Assembly: GCF_963853765.1 (NCBI RefSeq)
Contig: NC_088859.1
Location: 51,832,001-51,896,000, forward strand
DNA from: Magallana gigas
Taxonomy: Eukaryota
DNA length: 64,000 bases
Direction: 5' to 3'
This document shows, piece after piece, positions 48,508 through 61,875 of the stretch. The notes under the pieces are model-generated. The model had not been told where the DNA came from. It saw nothing but the letters and a program-made list of their open reading frames with translations, and did no database searches. The position numbers were made by a program, and so were the translations under genes. Each line of letters begins with the position of its first letter. Within the stretch, counting starts at the first letter, position 1.

Positions 48508-50166
48508 ATGTCAGCGAGACATGCACCAGGTGAAATGGAAATCAGCTGTAGAAAGAAGACAAGTCGCAAAGATTATGAAATATTTGGAGACATTTCTTAC
48601 GAAACTCCTGAGAAAACTTCACACAAGACCGTCTTCGACCTTTACCTTCCTCGATCTCGCGGAGGCGCGGATCTAACCCCTCGCCCATCGCAACCGGTCG
48701 CGGTGTTTGTCCACGGCGGGGGATGGCGCCGCGGAGACAAGGATACGTGGAGACATTTCGTATTTCAAGACGTTAATTTTCTGGCAGCGTTCTTTTACTG
48801 GTGCTACGGTCTGTACGGGAACGTGGGAAAGGAGTTCGCCAGGAGGGGGATACCGTGCGTTGTGACGTCGTACCCTCTCACAAAACTGAAAACGCCATGG
48901 CTGTTGTTGGAAATGGCGACGTCATATTTTGGCTCTGTGATATTTTGTGGTATTTTGTTATTCATGATTTTCATTTCGGTGTTTGTGATAGATTTTTTGA
49001 CAGGTCTGATTTTTATAACTGTTTTCCCCAGACAACGATTCAGCATTACCGTGTCAGACGTTCTGACAGTTTACCTCGTTTTTGTGAATCTAGTCACTCT
49101 TTTCGTCATTTCAATACAGAGATCTAAACATGGACTCCAAACACACCACGTGATCGCTCTCTGGGCCGTTCTTCTCGGGCATCTTTTCGCAGTAATACTA
49201 CTCGAACACTCTTTACTGAGCCTGTGGATGTTTAGTTTTTTAACTGTTCAGGGAACTCTGCTACAATTAAATCTAAGATCTGAAGACTATACACATGATG
49301 ACCAGCTAACGGCATTATCAAAGTGCATCAAAAAAGTAGTCGATATAGGACAGGAAACGCGTTACTATGACTACAACTCCCTGTTCCTGATCGGGCACTC
49401 GGCGGGCGGCCATCTTTGTTCACTCATCGCTCTCCGCCCCGACGTGCTGGCTAGTGCTGGCGTGGAGTCTACTCCTATTAAGGTATGATTCACATGCGAA
49501 TAGTAGGGGTGAAATTCAACTTTTATTAAATTTTACTTTAAGTACTAGTATATTACTACGTGATTTTTATTCAAGAATTTCATTGAATATAGCGATGTGC
49601 ACAGCAATATTTTTACGCGCATTGTAACGGTCAGTTGCAATTTTGTAGAAATGTTTATGCAACTGGTGATTGTAAGGTATAATAGCAAGGATACACTAGA
49701 AATGGCATTGAGAATGTTTTCCCCACTTTTTCAGGGTGTAGTGGCGATCTCAGCGGTCCTACAGGTGGAGAAGCTCAACACCCCCGCCCTCCGCCCCCTC
49801 TACCTCCACCCCACGTTTGGCAAGGACCCGGATGACTGGTCGTCTGCTTGTCCAATGAGTCGTCTGCAGAACAAAGAGTATTCAGACCTCCCCAACTTTC
49901 TAGTCATTACAGCCGAGAAGGACTGGCATCTCCACCACGAGGCCGCCATGTTTGCTGAGGAGCTCGGGGGTCGGGATGCTCACCGGGGGAGTGTGGTGTT
50001 CCCCCGGACCACCCATCTATCGATTATTTGTAACTTTGACAGGGAATGTGAAGTCCTTAACACCAGCGTGGCTAACCAGTGCGTCCAGTTCATACAGCAA
50101 ACGTATGACGCAGAGCAAACGAGTACAACTTGTGCTTTACAGAGGAATAGGGGGAATGTCACGTGA
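48508..50166 (+). CDS. Alpha/beta hydrolase of the HSL / kynurenine formamidase / ICME-like group with an internal multi-TM insertion, 2 exons, 468 aa
   Basis: Join 48508-49482 (AAG|GTATG) and 49735-50166 (TTTTCAG|GGT). Motifs: DLYLP, VFVHGGGWRRGDK (oxyanion hole), GHSAG (nucleophile Ser), GVVAISA, FLVITAEKD (acid), THLSII (His). Confidence 0.88.
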
Positions 50167-50619
50167 TTATCAGCATTTTTTAACGGAAAGATGTTTGGTT
50201 GACAATTCTTTAATTGTGTTGTGTTTAATGTGTTGTCTTATTTTGTTATATCATTTTGTCTGTTAATTAATCATTGTAAAAATATAATTTATACTATATA
50301 AATCATACCTTAATTTAAACTATACATAATCTATAGCTCTATCCTATAGGAGTGTATACCTGACCCAGACATCATTATCTAGGACAATACTATTGAGAAT
50401 GAATGTTATCAAAATCAAATACAGGTCTATTAAAGTGTACATGCACGACCTAACTGGAGTAACTACGTGTATAGGCTGTGACCTACATCGATAAGACGTT
50501 GGTTCGACACCCGTATTCAACATTTATCAAATAATTTAAATATTAAGAAAACAACTAAAATCAAGGTACAAAAACTGTACCCGTCCAATATTTGTACAAA
50601 GTTACGGATTTTTTAGATC

Positions 50620-51000
50620 ATTAAATATTTGTTATTTTATAAGATATTGGCGCTTCTGATTGGTCGAAAAATTTTTTGGATACCTGCATCAATAAAAAAT
50701 TTTCTGGATCTACTTTTCTCAACTGTTCTGGTTTAACACTAATCATAGAACGGTAATTTCCAAAATAAACACTGTCAACAAAATGTAATGTTGTGTCTGT
50801 TTATTGGTCAGCAAACAAAAGACATCTTTATAAAAATATAAAAGTAAAAGTTCAACCTTCAAAAATAAAACAATACACCTTTATTTATTTCACTAAATGA
50901 AAAACTAAACGTCTTCTCACGATTTCGTCTGCTTGAGATCAACGACCAACATTTACGGCGAGGCTGGCTGTTCCAATTCCAGGAATAATTATAACGAGTA
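50620..51000 (+). repeat. Interspersed repeat (family Y), homologous to 28720-29109
   Basis: Colinear inverted match to 28720-29109. Confidence 0.78.
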
Positions 51001-52444
51001 GGTATATATATATACTTACACGGTAACACTAACGATACTAAGGTTGGTCAGTTGGTCCATTTTAGAACCTATGATATGATGTCCCAAAAGTAGCTTTCAA
51101 TTATCTTTCTTTTCTATATTGTTTTAAGTATTGTCTGACATAGAATACAGTAAAAATTTTGTAAGTTTTACAGTAAAAGAGTTTCATATCTAAAAATGTC
51201 GAAAGAGATACAAAAACAGTTGTTTCGGCGAGCAATGTGGGCCCTGGGCCTCTCATTAGTAATGAGCAAATTCACTGCTGCCCTGCCCTAAAGGTAAGGG
51301 TTAAACCATGTAGTCATCGTAACACCAGCATTAACATGGACTGTGCCACATCGCGATAACAATGGTTATCATGGGCTGTTTCACATAACCATTGCAATGT
51401 CAATGGTAAATGTTTGATTGTTAAAAGTGAAATAAATAACTTCCTATAAGGTCTAAGAAGACCTGATACTCATGCAGGGCCTTTTTTTGATACAATGAAA
51501 AATGAATATTAAAACTATCACATTTTATTCAGAAACAAAACAATATTTCAGGTTTAATTCAATGTCTTCTACAAGTGTTGCATAAAGTTTTACAGGTATT
51601 TTGCATTAACATTTTTCCACAAAATTCTTTTGATACAATTATTTCATGCAATCGCCCACATGTGAACTATGATTCTTTATAAACAATTTTTTTTTACTAG
51701 AATCTGATTAAAAAAATGAAATATGATTTCATATCATGTGTCAGCAATTTTATCATTAATTTGTAACTTAAAGGCATTGAATATGATTCAAACATAAATA
51801 TTTGTGAAGTGTTATAAAACACAAGAGCCACACAATAAACATGTAGACTTTACCAATATCAAACATTATTTTAATATAAATGGTGTTGTAAATCTGCTTC
51901 ACACAATGACATTGAGTGCAAAATAGAAAAGTAAATACAAAGTAAGAGTACAATACTGGTTGTAAGATGGAAACAGATATGTATATGCTGTTATACATGA
52001 TTTCATGGATTTTCATTAATGCCCTGCAGTGAAAAATAGATTTCCCTTCATAAAATAAAAAAAAAACAGGTGCTCCAGTAAATACCGGTAAATACACATA
52101 ACTTATTTGACATCAGGATGTATCAGCTATGCTAGGCAGTGTTGGATCTTTCTCTGGAATTCAGTGTGAACTGAACAGCATTGTTATAATGCAAGGGAAG
52201 GATATTGTGTACAGGCTGTTCCAAGACCCACCACAGAAAGTTGTTAAAGTACTCCCAGAGGATTGTCTCAGATCTGATAAGATGTGTGTTTCTGACAGTG
52301 TCTAGTCTATGCCCTTCACAGTGTAGACACATCGCTATGGTCCTATACGTGTCACTGTGTTATCCTCCACTGCAAGGCGATCAGTTTTTAACAGACACAC
52401 AAACATGACAATATGAGCAGTGAGTTATCTCCCTTTCTCTATGA

Positions 52445-55400
52445 TTAAATCTGTCCCATTGGTTTCACCTCAGGTGCCACCTGGAAAACAAAATGACGAT
52501 GGATTATTCAACATTTCTTATAAATTCTAACAATCGATTTTTTACATGTAGAATAGGAAAAAGACCTTTACACATGGTCCAACATATGATTCTTTATTTC
52601 CTTTTTTCAGTCAAACCTTCCACTCTGTTTGCTTAGTAAGCCTTAATAATTTACATTTTGTAAATTTGATTGGCAATATAACAAGGTACTTTCAATTCAA
52701 AGTTATGATTGTGTCATAGAGTAAACCAAATATTACAAACATCATGTTTATTCGGAAAGTGTCTGATTGAGAATTGATCCACAATGATTAATTTTCACGA
52801 GCAAGTTATCATTTTTTATCAGTGCAGAAAGCAGAAATAACATTAGTCCAGGGCTCCAGGCCAACAGTCACACATACAGAATTATAACACTAGTCCAGGG
52901 CTCCAGGCCAACAGTCACACATACAGAAATAACACTAGTCCAGGGCTCCAGGCCAACAGTCACACATACAGAAATAACATTAGTCCAGGGCTCCAAGCCA
53001 ACAGTCACACATACAGAAATAACACTAGTCCAGGGCTCCAGGCCAACAGTCACACATACAGAAATAACACTAGTCCAGGGCTCCAGGCCAACAGTCACAC
53101 ATACAGAAATAACACTAGTCCAGGGCTCCAGGCCAACAGTCACACATACAGAAATAACACTAGTCCAGGGCTCCAGGCCAACAGTCACACATACAGTCAC
53201 ACATACAGAAATAACACTAGTCCAGGGCTCCAGGCCAACAGTCACACATACAGTCACACATACAGAAATAACACTAGTCCAGGGCTCCAGGCCAACAGTC
53301 ACACATACAGTCACACATACAGAAATAACACTAGTCCAGGGCTCCAGGCCAACAGTCACACATACAGAAATAACACTAGTCCAGGCCAACAGTCACACAT
53401 ACAGAAATAACACTAGTCCAGGGCTCCAGGCCAACAGTCACACATACAGAAATAACACTAGTCCAGGGCTCCAGGCCAACAGTCACACATACAGAAATAA
53501 CACTAGTCCAGGGCTCCAGGCCAACAGTCACACATACAGAAATAACACTAGTCCAGGGCTCCAGGCCAACAGTCACACATACAGAAATAACACTAGTCCA
53601 GGGCTCCAGGCCAACAGTCACACATACAGAAATAACACTAGTCCAGGGCTCCAGGCCAACAGTCACACATACAGTCACACATACAGAAATAACACTAGTC
53701 CAGGGCTCCAGGCCAACAGTCACACATACAGTCACACATACAGAAATAACACTAGTCCAGGGCTCCAGGCCAACAGTCACACATACAGAAATAACACTAG
53801 TCCAGGCCAACAGTCACACATACAGAAATAACACTAGTCCAGGGCTCCAGGCCAACAGTCACACATACAGAAATAACACTAGTCCAGGGCTCCAGGCCAA
53901 CAGTCACACATACAGAAATAACACTAGTCCAGGGCTCCAGGCCAACAGTCACACATACAGAAATAACACTAGTCCAGGGCTCCAGGCCAACAGTCACACA
54001 TACAGAAATAACACTAGTCCAGGGCTCCAGGCCAATAGTCACACATACAGAATTTGGTGGATATTTATCTCTGGCCTTTAATTCTTCGTTTACATAGTTT
54101 GACAGTTGATGAGTTGAGAGAATTTGATGCTGTTACATTCATACCACAAATTCACAGCCGGTGGCTCCAACAATGCTTGGAATATCCTCCGTCTCCGCAA
54201 TCTCTGTTAGGACGAGTCCCTTCTCTTTGTCCACCTCAAACACACACTATAACACAGAAAGGGGAGAGGGTTAGTGACTGAGAACATTCAAAACGGACAC
54301 ACAAACCTGCTCCACATCTGTAGGCAACAAAGTTATCACTCCATTTCCAATTACACAGTCACTCATTTAATCATTATTTATACATAGAAAACTTGCTCAG
54401 GAATGAAAATAAAATTCTGAAGAAAATGAATTCTAACAGATTTGTAAATTTTCAATGATGATTAATAAATGCATTATAAATTGACTTTAAAAAATCTGTA
54501 ATACATTATTCATATTAAGGGAAGTCAATATAAGATGAATACATTTTGGTATGCTTGTTCTGTGACATCCAATGAAAGTATTTGTACCATAACTATCGGT
54601 ACTTTTACAACCTTTAGTTACTGTTTAACCAGATCTGTAATCTTACTTTGTCAGTGATGATCATATCTACACAGTTCTTGCCAGTCAATGGCAGATTACA
54701 ACTATCCACTATCTTGCTATTTCCTTTCTGTAAGAAACACAAAATATAATCAATTACACAAGGTACATTCTGATAAACGCAGCAATCAACCGGGGAGAAG
54801 CTAGTCTGACCTTGTCCTGGTGCTCCATGGTTACGATGACCTTGGTTTTGTGGCTGGACACAAGATCCATAGCTCCACCCATCCCCTTCACCAGACGACC
54901 CTGAAATCAAGGTCATACAATGCATTAAATAAAACACAGTTCTTCATTCAATCAGCAGTCTCTAAATATTCTATCATAATTAAGTGATGCTAATTAAAAA
55001 TTTTATGTGTCCACAGTGATGTCAGATTTTCTACTGACAGGTAATGAAAATGAGGGGTCAAGATCAAAGTAAGTTGAATGAAATTGAGTAAAATTTTGGT
55101 GATTGAGAAAGGGTGAAGTGAGCATAGTAATTACTATTACTTAATTACTAAAATCATTTAAGTTTTGCAAGCATTTAGAAATAAATGTCAATAATTTTTT
55201 GATGTACCGGAATCATCCAGTTGGCCAGGTCTCCATAGCGTGAAACTTGTAATGCACCAAGAATGGTGAGATTTATGTGGCCTCTGGAATGGAAAGGGAT
55301 AAAGTTTTACACAACAAAGTTTTGAACAAATTCACACAAAATTATCAACTATCTTATTAAATCTTCATGTGGATGTAACTTCATAGCATTGAACATGAGG

Positions 55401-58400
55401 CATAAATTTAAACGATCACTTGCACCCTCGCATCGTGGTTTATGATATAAGCATACAAGAACACACATATACCAGTACACAGATCATGGTATATGAGTAA
55501 GTTCACATGACCAAACGCACCATTAAATTATGGTGTAAGCACAGGCGCCCAACGTTAAAATTTTTTTCTTATTAATAAAATTATCCCCAGTGCAATAATT
55601 ATATTAATTATACATGTAGGAATTATTATTATAGTACAGGGGATAATTCTATTATTAAGAGAAAAATCTTTAATGTTGGGCACCTGTGGGTGAATGATAT
55701 TGAACAAGTTGAGTACACATACCCTCGGATCATGGCAAAGGAATCGTCGCTGGAGAAGAAAGAGCTTCCCGGGATGTTGGTAACGGTTTGTTTCCCAGCA
55801 TTGATCAAATCGGGGTCCACCTCGTTGGGCAGTGGGTAGGGGCCCTGTCAACAGAATATAGCTGTAATGGTATAGTTTCTCAAACAGACATTTATTCAAT
55901 TCTAAATACTGTGAAACCATTTGAATTTGTGGGGGCTAATTTCCATGGATTGCCAGTGTCTTGTAGGTTTGTGGTCACATATATTTCATGGATTCACTTT
56001 TAAGAAATAAAAATAAAACATAATTTGTTGACGATTGAAATTTCTGTGGTACTCATAAAATTAATGATAATTGAGCCACAATGAATTTTTATGGTTTTAC
56101 AGCATATCTGAACTTCTGTTGAGCATCTTGAAAATCTTATAGGCCATGCTTTTAAATATTCTTACTACCATTTCATTAATGTAACACTACTGAATTTACA
56201 ATGTTAAGTGTTATAGAATTGGATTTTATCTATGAGAGAAATGAAGAACCTACCAGTCCCATGATTCCGTTCTCACTCTGTAAATGGACGGTCATTCCCG
56301 GAGGTATGTAGTTACTGGCTAACATCGGCATCCCAATACCAAGATTGGCTGAAATTTAATGTAATACATGTATACACCTGTAGCTATAATATCTATAAAC
56401 TGTAGATGTGAAATAAACCTGTAAAATGTCAATGAATTGTAACTTTTGTAAGACTACAATCAGACAATCCCTGAGGATACCACAGATTGACAAAATACCA
56501 TAGATTCCATCGTGGAACTCCAGCGCGGCCCGTTTGATGATTCTGTTCCTCATTTCGGCGGCGGCATCGTTCGCCTCAGGGTCACTCTGACCTTCAGTTC
56601 TTGTTGTCATCCTCTGTAAGGGAGATCACTCAATGAGAAATTAGTCTCATCGCTGTGTGTGCATAACTATTTTCCCCAATAATTATGAGTTTTTTGGGGT
56701 TTAAACATAACAAAGAAAATAAGCACACCGCATAAAAGAACTTGTATACTGAACCCTATGACCCCTATACTGGCCTACATTACCTATCTCATACATCAGC
56801 CCACGTGACCTACCTCAATCCTCTTCTCGTAGCTGGGCCCCTTGATGACCCTCTGGACGTAGACGTGAGGTACATGGATGTCCTCCGGGGGGATTTCCCC
56901 AACCTCCACAATCTCCTCCACCTCAGCGATCGTGATGCGGCCCGCCTTACACATGGGAGGGTTGAAGTTACGGGCAGTCTTCCTGCAAACATTGTTCTAA
57001 AGATTATTCAACTGTCTTTGGCTTCATTTCATCATTTATGTAATATATCTCATTTAAAAGAGATGTATTATGAATTGAGTAATTCATCCGACTTCCGATG
57101 ATATTTTAAATCCAGAAGATAGGGTATTGAGTCTGTTCATTTACTTTAGCATCTTTCAGAACTTAAAAGTACAGGTGATGATTTACCTGAAGGCAAGACT
57201 GATCACTTTCCTCAGTAAATTGTTATTTTACAAGAATGTAAATATAGTTGAACTTTGATATCTCGATCACTGATATCTCAAATACCTGGTAAAAATTGGA
57301 TATGTCAGTGATTTGTACATCCCAACCACTTATTTTTAAGTATTCCACCCTCAATATCTTGAATACTTGGATATCTCGAAGTTTTTAATAAGTCCCATAT
57401 AGTTTGAGATAACAAAGTTCGACTGTAATTTACTTGAAGGGGAGAGTAATGATCAAACTGAAGGAAATCTTGATAATTTTTATGAAAGTGAGGTTGCTTC
57501 TTTATGTAAAGGAAGATTATAATAAAACAGAAAGGAATAGAGTTAATTTATCTGAAGGAGAAGTTAACAATTGAGATGAAGGAGAGGTTAACAGTTAAGA
57601 AGAAGGATTATTAAGAGGGTTTAACAGTTATGATGATGGAGAGTTTAAAAGTTATGATGAATGAGAGTTTAACAGTTAGGATAAGGGAGAAGTTAACAGT
57701 TAGGATGAAGGAGAGTATAACAGTTAGGATGAAGAAGAGGTTATCAGTTAGGATGAAGGAGGGTTTAACAGTTAGGATGAAGGAGAGTATAACAGTTAGG
57801 ATGAAGGAGGGTTTAACAGTTAGGATGAAGGAGAGTTTAACAGTTAGGATAAGGGAGAAGTTAACAGTAAGGATGAAGGAGGGTTTAACAGTTAGGATAA
57901 AGGAGAGTTTAACAGTTAGGATGAAGGAGAGTATAACAGTTAGGATAAGGGAGAAGTTAACAGTTAGGATGGAGGAGAGTATAACAGTTAGGATGAAGAA
58001 GAGGTTATCAGTTAGGATGAAGGAGGGTTTAACAGTTAGGATGAAGGAGAGTATAACAGTTAGGATGAAGGAGGGTTTAACAGTTAGGATAAGGGAGAAG
58101 TTAACAGTTAGGATGAAGGAGAGTATAACAGTTAGGATGAAGGAGGGTTTAACAGTTAGGATAAGGGAGAAGTTAACAGTTAGGATGAAGGAGAGTATAA
58201 CAGTTAGGATAAAGAAGAGGTTATCAGTTAGGATGAAGGAGGGTTTAACAGTTAGGATGAAGGAGAGTATAACAGTTAGGATGAAGGAGGGTTTAACAGT
58301 TAGGATAAGGGAGAAGTTAACAGTTAGGATGAAGGAGAGTATAACAGTTAGGATGAAGAAGAGGTTATCAGTTAGGATGAAGGAGGGTTTAACAGTTAGG

Positions 58401-58881
58401 ATGAAGGAGAGTATAACAGTTAGGATAAGGGAGAAGTTAACAGTTAGGATGAAGGAGAGTATAACAGTTAGGATGAAGGAGAGTTTAACAGTTAGGATGA
58501 AGGAGGGTTTAACAGTTAGGATAAGGGAGAAGTTAACAGTTAGGATGAAGGAGAGTATAACAGTTAGGATGAAGAAGAGGTTATCAGTTAGGATGAAGGA
58601 GGGTTTAACAGTTAGGATGAAGGAGAGTATAACAGTTAGGATGAAGGAGGGTTTAACAGTTAGGATAAGGGAGAAGTTAACAGTTAGGATGAAGGAGAGT
58701 ATTACAGTTAGGATAAGTGAGAGGTTAACAGTTATGATGAAGAAGAGTTTAACAGTTAGGAGGTGATGTTATACCTGAAGATGAGGTTGCCCAGTTTGTC
58801 TGCCTTGTAAGCTTTGACCAGGGCAAAGTCACCAGTGATTGCCTCCTCCATGATGTACTTAAATCCATTGAATTCTCTGAC
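52445..58881 (-). CDS. OXCT1: Succinyl-CoA:3-ketoacid CoA transferase (SCOT), 3' nine coding exons; 5' exons not found in the window
   Basis: Exons: complement join 58775-58881, 56814-56982, 56499-56613, 56254-56348, 55723-55844, 55208-55283, 54811-54900, 54647-54727, 54145-54246 and terminal 52445-52480. Motifs: [45 protein letters not shown] (catalytic Glu), [12 protein letters not shown]-like [42 protein letters not shown]. Counting the terminal exon there are ten segments. Confidence 0.95.
52845..54050. repeat. 45-bp minisatellite, ~26 copies with +12-bp and -9-bp variants, in the last OXCT1 intron
   Basis: Unit CTAGTCCAGGGCTCCAGGCCAACAGTCACACATACAGAAATAACA. Confidence 0.96.
57560..58765. 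repeat. 24-bp purine-rich minisatellite, ~50 copies, abutting the OXCT1 donor at 58774
   Basis: Unit AACAGTTAGGATGAAGGAGAGTTT with recurring variants; it produces the spurious 378-aa ORF. Confidence 0.95.
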
Positions 58882-61084
58882 CTATAAAGTGAAACCGATC
58901 TTGTAGTAAATACAGTATTCATTTTGGTCATACATCTCATATAACAATGAGATATATCACAGCTTGAATTTTATCATTTTAGTCATTTTATTTGCTTTAA
59001 TTTCTCTATTTTCAGTAGGCAAATGAAAGTCAGACGCAACCTATCTTCCAATATTTCCTTTTTTCCCTATCTCTGCAATATGGAGATTTCCACCACTAAT
59101 TCAAAAATTATATTTTCATGTCATAAAATTTTTTTCTATTTGAATATAAAGTTTCAATTGAAAATATATAGTCCGACTTTTTAAAAAAGCATTTGTTTGC
59201 AATTAAAAGTAAAATTCAAAATATTCTAACTCCAAAATTAGCGTGGTAATGCATCCTGAGTTTTTGAACATAAACAGGTTTTAATGCAAATAAAGAAGAA
59301 ATAATCTATCAAGGAAAATTATCCAAAACTGAGGAATGTTGCATCTATCCTTAAAATGAAAATACCGGTACTTGAAATGGTAATTAAGATAAAATAGTGT
59401 GATACTGCATATTCTAAGTTGGGGCAAATCTTTTACTACCAAATGTGAAATAAGACAGAAATATATCACTGCAAAAAAAACCCTCTATCAATATCTGTTT
59501 TTATGTGTTTTCATCATCTCAAACATCAATCAATATAAAATTGCAAAATTTGAACTAACTTGAGCTTATTATTACCGTTACATTTTACCAGGTTTAAGGA
59601 AATGTTTGATGTTCTCGATAATAAAAGCAGTTTCCTGTACAGAGAGCTTCCTTACACTCATGGTTTTTTTTTTTTTATGAAGTTATTTGTTTATTTCACA
59701 AAAAAACCTTATCCTTGTTTGTTTGTCTTTAAATTTATTTCCGTGATGCAGTAGCACTGGACAGCAGACACAGCCTATTTTTGTCCTCTCCCACTACTAT
59801 ATACTATGTACATGTATAAATCTTTCCTACATTTACTTCACTAGACAAAATTTTATCAAGGTCAAGAATGAATTGATGCTTTTTTCCCGTCTGACAGATA
59901 TATAATTTAGGCCACTGTTTTTCTTCAAATTTTGAAATCTAAACTAAGCACTTAACACGTAAAAGTTCAATTTGAACCAGAGATATGCAGTCAAGGGGGC
60001 TCTAGGACTTTGATGAAAATAAAACACTTGTTCACCGTAATTCAAAACCTGAGTAAGTATGGATAGGACTGGGAAATTAGCTTAAGCAATACGAGCTGCA
60101 ATTTTCATGCTGAATTTTTTTTTTACGAAAATGTTATTTTCTACCAAAATGACAAAAATTATCATGGTTTTTAAAATTTCTGTTTGCCATATTTTTGTGG
60201 GAAAAGCCGCTGAGAAGCCTTAATTGGAACAAAATTGAATTATTGTCGTCCTGTACAAAAATTGATCTGCTATATCTGGCAAAAAATAATATTTTTGCAA
60301 GTCTTATACATCATTAAAGTTTAAGCTATATGCAGACTTATCATACCAGCAGGTTTGATGGGGAGGGGGTCTGGACCCCCCTGACCCACCCCCTCCCCTA
60401 GATCTGCACGTTTGTTTATTATGAAGTTGAATGCATGATTACTTATTTTTGTAAAATATTAAGTGGAAACAGACCATGTTTGTTCAGACGCAACAATAGT
60501 TTGCTTTGTTAAAATCATAAGTTTCTGATGACCTTTACTCGGTAACAGATTTGAGGTATTGATTAATCTGATTCAAATGTAGTTCACATCAATTTTAAAC
60601 CATGAAAAAAAATGTAAATTTCTGTTTCTGTGAGGTGTGCTTCATCATCATTTGCTCTGGGCTTTGTTGCACACATTGCATAACACTGAAAAATTACTAA
60701 TTTCAAATAGTAGCATATTTTGAATTGAATGTTTGATGTATATTGTCATTACTTAGGGTTTATCTTTTTCTGTTCCATATCCCAACACTGTAAAAGAAAT
60801 TACAGATACAGAGGATTGTCCTCCTTCTCGCCTAACTTCCATCATAATCATGGATGGTATAAATATAATGGTATATGGTGAATAGATTAATCAACCAGAG
60901 GACTATCGTTGTAGGAGCAGACAACTCTAGTATCATCACTTACGACTACTTCATTCCATGTCTTATACTTTAGGTTGAGGAAGTTTGTTGAACTGACAAG
61001 TCAGCAATTCAATTATTGCAATACACCAGAATAAAAACAACAATGTAAAAAACATAACCATGAACATATTACTAAATATGTGAC

Positions 61085-61875
61085 ACTAAGATGCATGTAG
61101 TGTAACCAACATCAGAATGTATGTAACATAACCAACACTAGGGTGCATGTAATATAATGTAACCAACACTAGGGTCCATGTAGTGTAACCAACTATGGGA
61201 TGCATGAAATGTAATGTAACTAACAAAAGGTGCAAGTAATGTTAGCAACACTAGGGTGCATGTAATGTTACCAACACTAGGGTGCATGTAATATAATGTC
61301 ACCAACACTAGGATGCATGTCATGTAACCAACACTAGGGTGCATGTCATTTAACCAACACCAGGGTGCATGTAGTGTAACCAACACTAGGGTGCATATCA
61401 TGTAACCAAACACTAGGGTGCTTGTCATGTAACCAACCCTAAGGTGCATGTCATGTAACCAACACTAGGGTGCATGTCATGTAACCAACACTAGGGTGCA
61501 TGTCATGTAACCAACACTAGGGTGCATGTCATTTAACCAACACTAGGGTGCATGTCATTTAACCAACACTAGGGTGGATGTCATGTAACCAACACTAGGG
61601 TGCATGTCATGTAACCAAACACTAGGGTGCATGTCATGTAACCAACCCTAGGGTGCATGTCATGTAACCAACCCTAGGGTGCATGTCATGTAACCAACAC
61701 TAGGGTGCATGTCATGTAACCAACACTAAGGTGCATGTCATGTAACCAACACTAGGGTGCATGTCATGTAACCAACCCTAGGGTGCATGTCATGTAACCA
61801 ACACTAGGGTGGATGTCGTGTAACCAACACTAGAATGCATGTAGTGTAACCAACACTAGGGTGCATGTCACATAA
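61085..61875. repeat. 26-bp minisatellite, ~30 copies
   Basis: Unit TAACCAACACTAGGGTGCATGTCATG; period seen at 61456/61482. Confidence 0.94.

Noticed and set aside
52868-54042. [15 protein letters not shown] repeat ORFs
   Set aside because: Translation of the 45-bp minisatellite in the last OXCT1 intron.
57630-58766. 378-aa Lys/Glu/Met-rich ORF
   Set aside because: Translation of the 24-bp minisatellite, antisense within an OXCT1 intron.
60800-60860. Possible upstream OXCT1 exon (EVRREGGQ-like reading)
   Set aside because: It does not match the expected GYGTLVQEGGSPIKY..PRE segment, and there are no suitable splice sites or phase.
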